A DNA stretch of 64,000 nt from Eledone cirrhosa (lineage: Eukaryota). The translations under genes and the position numbers were made by a program. The notes under the pieces are model-generated. The model searched no databases. It was not told the DNA's origin and saw only the letters and a list, made by a program, of their open reading frames with translations. Below are positions 60,166 to 64,000 of the stretch, piece after piece; position 1 is the stretch's first letter, and every line of letters starts with the position of its first letter. Where the stretch lies: positions 34,348,001 to 34,412,000 of the forward strand of contig OZ024745.1 in the NCBI GenBank assembly GCA_964016885.1, given 5' to 3'.

Positions 60166-60397
60166 CCTGAATATATAATTGTGGTCATACATGTTCAGAA
60201 AATCCCTCTCATTGTCCTATTATTGACATCATTTAACAGAGTTGATGAGGCAGGAGGTGGAGGAGGAGGGGGGGATGAGGGGGGGGGGGGGGGGGCGTAA
60301 TCAATACATTTCTGTAGGCCATGGACTATCATGGGGATAATATTGATGATCAAGATGATGATGTTTATGATAATGATGATCAAGATGATGATGTTTA

Positions 60398-60429
<32 letters not shown>

Positions 60430-60587
60430 GAGCATGTTTTCTTTAATCGCTCCTGGCGGTGGAGGTGCTGATAGTAGAGACGATGGTTGTGATAGATCTA
60501 TCATTGGTGACAGATCTCAGCACTTTACTTTTCCAATTTATCTGCAGTATACTCGCCCCAAAACATGAAGGACCCTTGATATAGCGA

Positions 60588-60876
<289 letters not shown>

Positions 60877-60997
60877 TATATATAATATATATATATATAC
60901 ATATATATATACAATAAAGTATATCCATAGAATCATTTGATAAAATATATACGCCATTTCCTCTCCCAATCAGCATAATCAACCAAACAAAAAACCA

Positions 60998-61069
<72 letters not shown>

Positions 61070-61072
<3 letters not shown>

Positions 61073-61465
61073 TAAATCCACCAATTAATGGTAGGGTCTA
61101 AACCGTATGAAGAACTCAATGTAATCCGTATGCAGATGTCGTGAAGCAAAGTTTAAAATACAAAATTTTCAACTATATAATTCATTGGATACGGAGTCAA
61201 AAGAAATATTAAAACAATGAAATTAAACAAAAACCAGTTAATTCATAGTAAAACTCATTATTTTACGATCGTTTCTGGGGGGGGGGGGGTAGTTCCCCGT
61301 ATGTCCATTCTATTATTGATGTATGTAAAATATCTTACTATGATATTTTGTAATATATTTTACATAGATCAATAATAGAATGGACATACAGAAACGATTG
61401 TAAAATAATGAGTTTTACTATGAATTAACCGTTTTTTGTTTAATTTCATCGTTTTAATATTTCCC
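61070..61465. mobile_element. Fold-back element (arms 61203-61333 / 61355-61463) with half-hammerhead GAAAC-GATC-GTA
   Basis: Inverted repeat; palindromic ACGATCGT stem III; no CUGAUGA found. Confidence 0.7.
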
Positions 61466-61781
61466 TATACATATATATATATATATACATACTTATGTGT
61501 GTATATATATATATATTTGTGTGTCTGTGCATCTGTATATATGTATCTTACAATCAATCTATCTATATCTATCTATTATCGATATTTATGCATAAATAGA
61601 TGTATAAATATATAGTTTAAGGTTTTTCAGTATTTGTGTTGATTACTGAGCTATGTCAGATTGTTTCTATTAAGTTTAACCACGACAAAGTTTCACTTGG
61701 AACATTTTTTTATTTCTGAGTGAAATACTTATATATTGCAGACACCATTCGACTAAAGCAAGTCGCATCGTTTGAGTCACA

Positions 61782-61868
61782 CCGCCTGATGATCAGGTCG
61801 TTACTGGAGTCAAATCTATCGCATTCATACCGACCTTGAGCCAATCATCTGTGAAACGTACGTGACGT
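61782..61868 (+). ncRNA. Decayed hammerhead-like motif
   Basis: CGC-CTGATGA-TCAG...CTGT-GAAAC-GTAC-GTG-ACG; GUG triplet is non-cleavable. Confidence 0.5.
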
Positions 61869-61941
61869 CAATGATAAATAAAAACATTCCAAATGAAATT
61901 AATATCTACAATCTGCTATAACTCAGTGCTCTTCCAGCAAC

Positions 61942-61991
<50 letters not shown>

Positions 61992-61999
<8 letters not shown>

Positions 62000-62293
62000 A
62001 CAGATAACAAGGACGATTGGTTACTCCTTCATTACATTGCTAGTAGGCATTTCAAGGGGTCCGTCGAGCTGCAGATTACAGAGTCGGGTAAGATCGATAC
62101 AGATCGAACCTTGAGCTGATCAGTGGCGAAACACGCGTCACCAACCAATAAATGTAATGAAGGAGTAGCCAATCGTCCTTGTTATCTTTTCACTATAATA
62201 TATTCTGTATAGCTCTACACCTCAACACTGAAGTGAACCTAAACATCGAGTGCTCACCCGGGTGAACCTACAGTAACCTAAGTTACACTCCCT

Positions 62294-62296
<3 letters not shown>
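61992..62296 (+). mobile_element. Family E element with inverted 5' arm and hammerhead-like motif (62116-62139)
   Basis: Arms 61992-62037 / 62151-62197; CTGATCA-GTGGC-GAAAC-ACGC-GTC. Confidence 0.65.
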
Positions 62297-62363
<67 letters not shown>

Positions 62364-62389
62364 GTATATAAATAGATATGGATATATAT

Positions 62390-62629
62390 AGAAGTATGTC
62401 AACAACAGTTAATTCATCATTTCCGAGAACAATTGTTTCACCTTATTCCGATTATCAACTCGGTTTAAATGAGATTGTACAATCTCATTTAAACCGACCT
62501 GATGATCCGAATAAGGTGAAACAATTGTTCTTTGTAATGGTGAATTAACTGTTGTGGAACTACTTCTACCAAACTCGTCCCATGGACTGAGTGCTCTACT
62601 ACTACGGATATAACCCTCCAGTGTTCCAC

Positions 62630-62632
<3 letters not shown>
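62390..62632. mobile_element. Family F spacerless palindrome with a hammerhead on each strand
   Basis: Centre GAGATTGTACAATCTC 62471-62486; + CTGATGA..GAAAC-AATT-GTT; - CCGAG-TTGATAA..GAAAC-AATT-GTT-CTCGG. Confidence 0.8.
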
Positions 62633-62708
<76 letters not shown>

Positions 62709-62816
62709 TAGAGTTCGAAACTGCCAAAGTCCATTTCAAGGGTTGAAGGCTCTGAAGTTTAAATATGTATATATATATATATATATACTATTATATATAG
62801 AGAGAGAGAGTGCGAA

Positions 62817-62866
<50 letters not shown>

Positions 62867-63105
62867 ATAGTAGATAGTTATATATAGAGATAGAGATATA
62901 GACCTACAAATACATACATGCATGCATATATATTTATAGTAAGCTATGGTATCGCGAGCTATGGCTAAGTGGAAAAGATTTTTGACAATTAATTTATTTC
63001 GATTATATCTATTTGTTCTTCATTTCAAAGTTCATTTCTTTATCAGCATCTCCAAGCCGGGGGCGAAATACGTTTCTCTTGCTGATCGGAGAGAATTATT
63101 ATCGG

Positions 63106-63290
63106 AGGATTGGCAGTATCGGTAAAGGGTCGGACGCCATGCTTTGACACATAGAGTTACGGTCCTTGCCATTCTGAGTTCAAATCCGGCCGAGGTTAAC
63201 TTTGCCTTTCATCCTTTCGGGGTGGATAAAATAAAGTACCAGTAATACACTCGGTAATTGCTGGCCTTTTGCCAAATGTAGAAACAATTA
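63106..63290 (+). mobile_element. Full-length SINE
   Basis: Consensus match. Confidence 0.85.
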
Positions 63291-63738
63291 TTATATAGTA
63301 AGCTAAGGTTCAGTAATAAACCTCTCTGACGTTTTCGCCGAAAGCTACCTAGTTGGCCTAATGGTAGCGCCAGTCCTGCATGTATAATTTCCGCAATATT
63401 CAATTTTCACGTGTCTTACAATCATCCTCTAATTGTAATATTTACGTTTTGCTTACGTCTTATGATTCTTCTACCTTTCCTTTCTTTCTTCCGTCTTTCT
63501 TATTCTCTCTGTCTATCTCTCTTTCTCTGTCTCGTTCCCCCTCTATCGCTCTTTTACGTATTTCTAGTAAATTTCACCTGTTCGATGTAGCATACATTTA
63601 CTTCAAACTCCTCCCATTTCTTTTCGAGTCTCTTATAGCAGCTGACGCTGTTGCTGCTATTGATAATGGTTGTTACTACTTCGATTCACTTAAGAACTTT
63701 TTTAATATTTGCTGAGCAACAGAGCAGAAGACAGAGTA

Positions 63739-63825
<87 letters not shown>

Positions 63826-63837
63826 GCACACGCACAC

Positions 63838-63891
<54 letters not shown>

Positions 63892-64000
63892 TCGCACACA
63901 CATACTCACACACTCACACACAGATACTCACACACACATACTCACACACACACATATATATGTATATATATATATATATATACACCATATAATTTATAAT

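Overview
AT-rich, microsatellite-dense animal DNA, most likely an octopus/cephalopod (inferred from the SINE family and repeat landscape). The only recognisable host gene is one large coding exon (45732-47273, +) of an HCN/Ih hyperpolarisation-activated cyclic-nucleotide-gated channel. It encodes a long Thr/Gly-rich N-terminus, and the rest of the window is probably intron or upstream DNA. The retroelements sort by target repeat: Tx1/L1-like LINEs in (TATC)n, R4/Dong-like RLE LINEs in (TAA)n, a tRNA-derived SINE with ATTAT-starting target-site duplications, and a Penelope-like (Naiad/Neptune-type) RT-GIY-YIG fragment in (TA)n. There is also a CRE-like end, mariner remnants and a non-autonomous Helitron. 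The main hidden signal, missed by the ORF track, is at least 7-8 unrelated families of short non-coding (TA)n-inserted elements carrying type I hammerhead ribozyme motifs (CUGAUGA...GAAA-palindromic stem III-NUH). These show covarying stem I, very long or branched stem II, and U3-A8 core variants. Many copies are fold-back palindromes, some with a ribozyme on both strands, including an intact-looking one inside the HCN intron. All structures were read by eye and none was computationally folded or tested.
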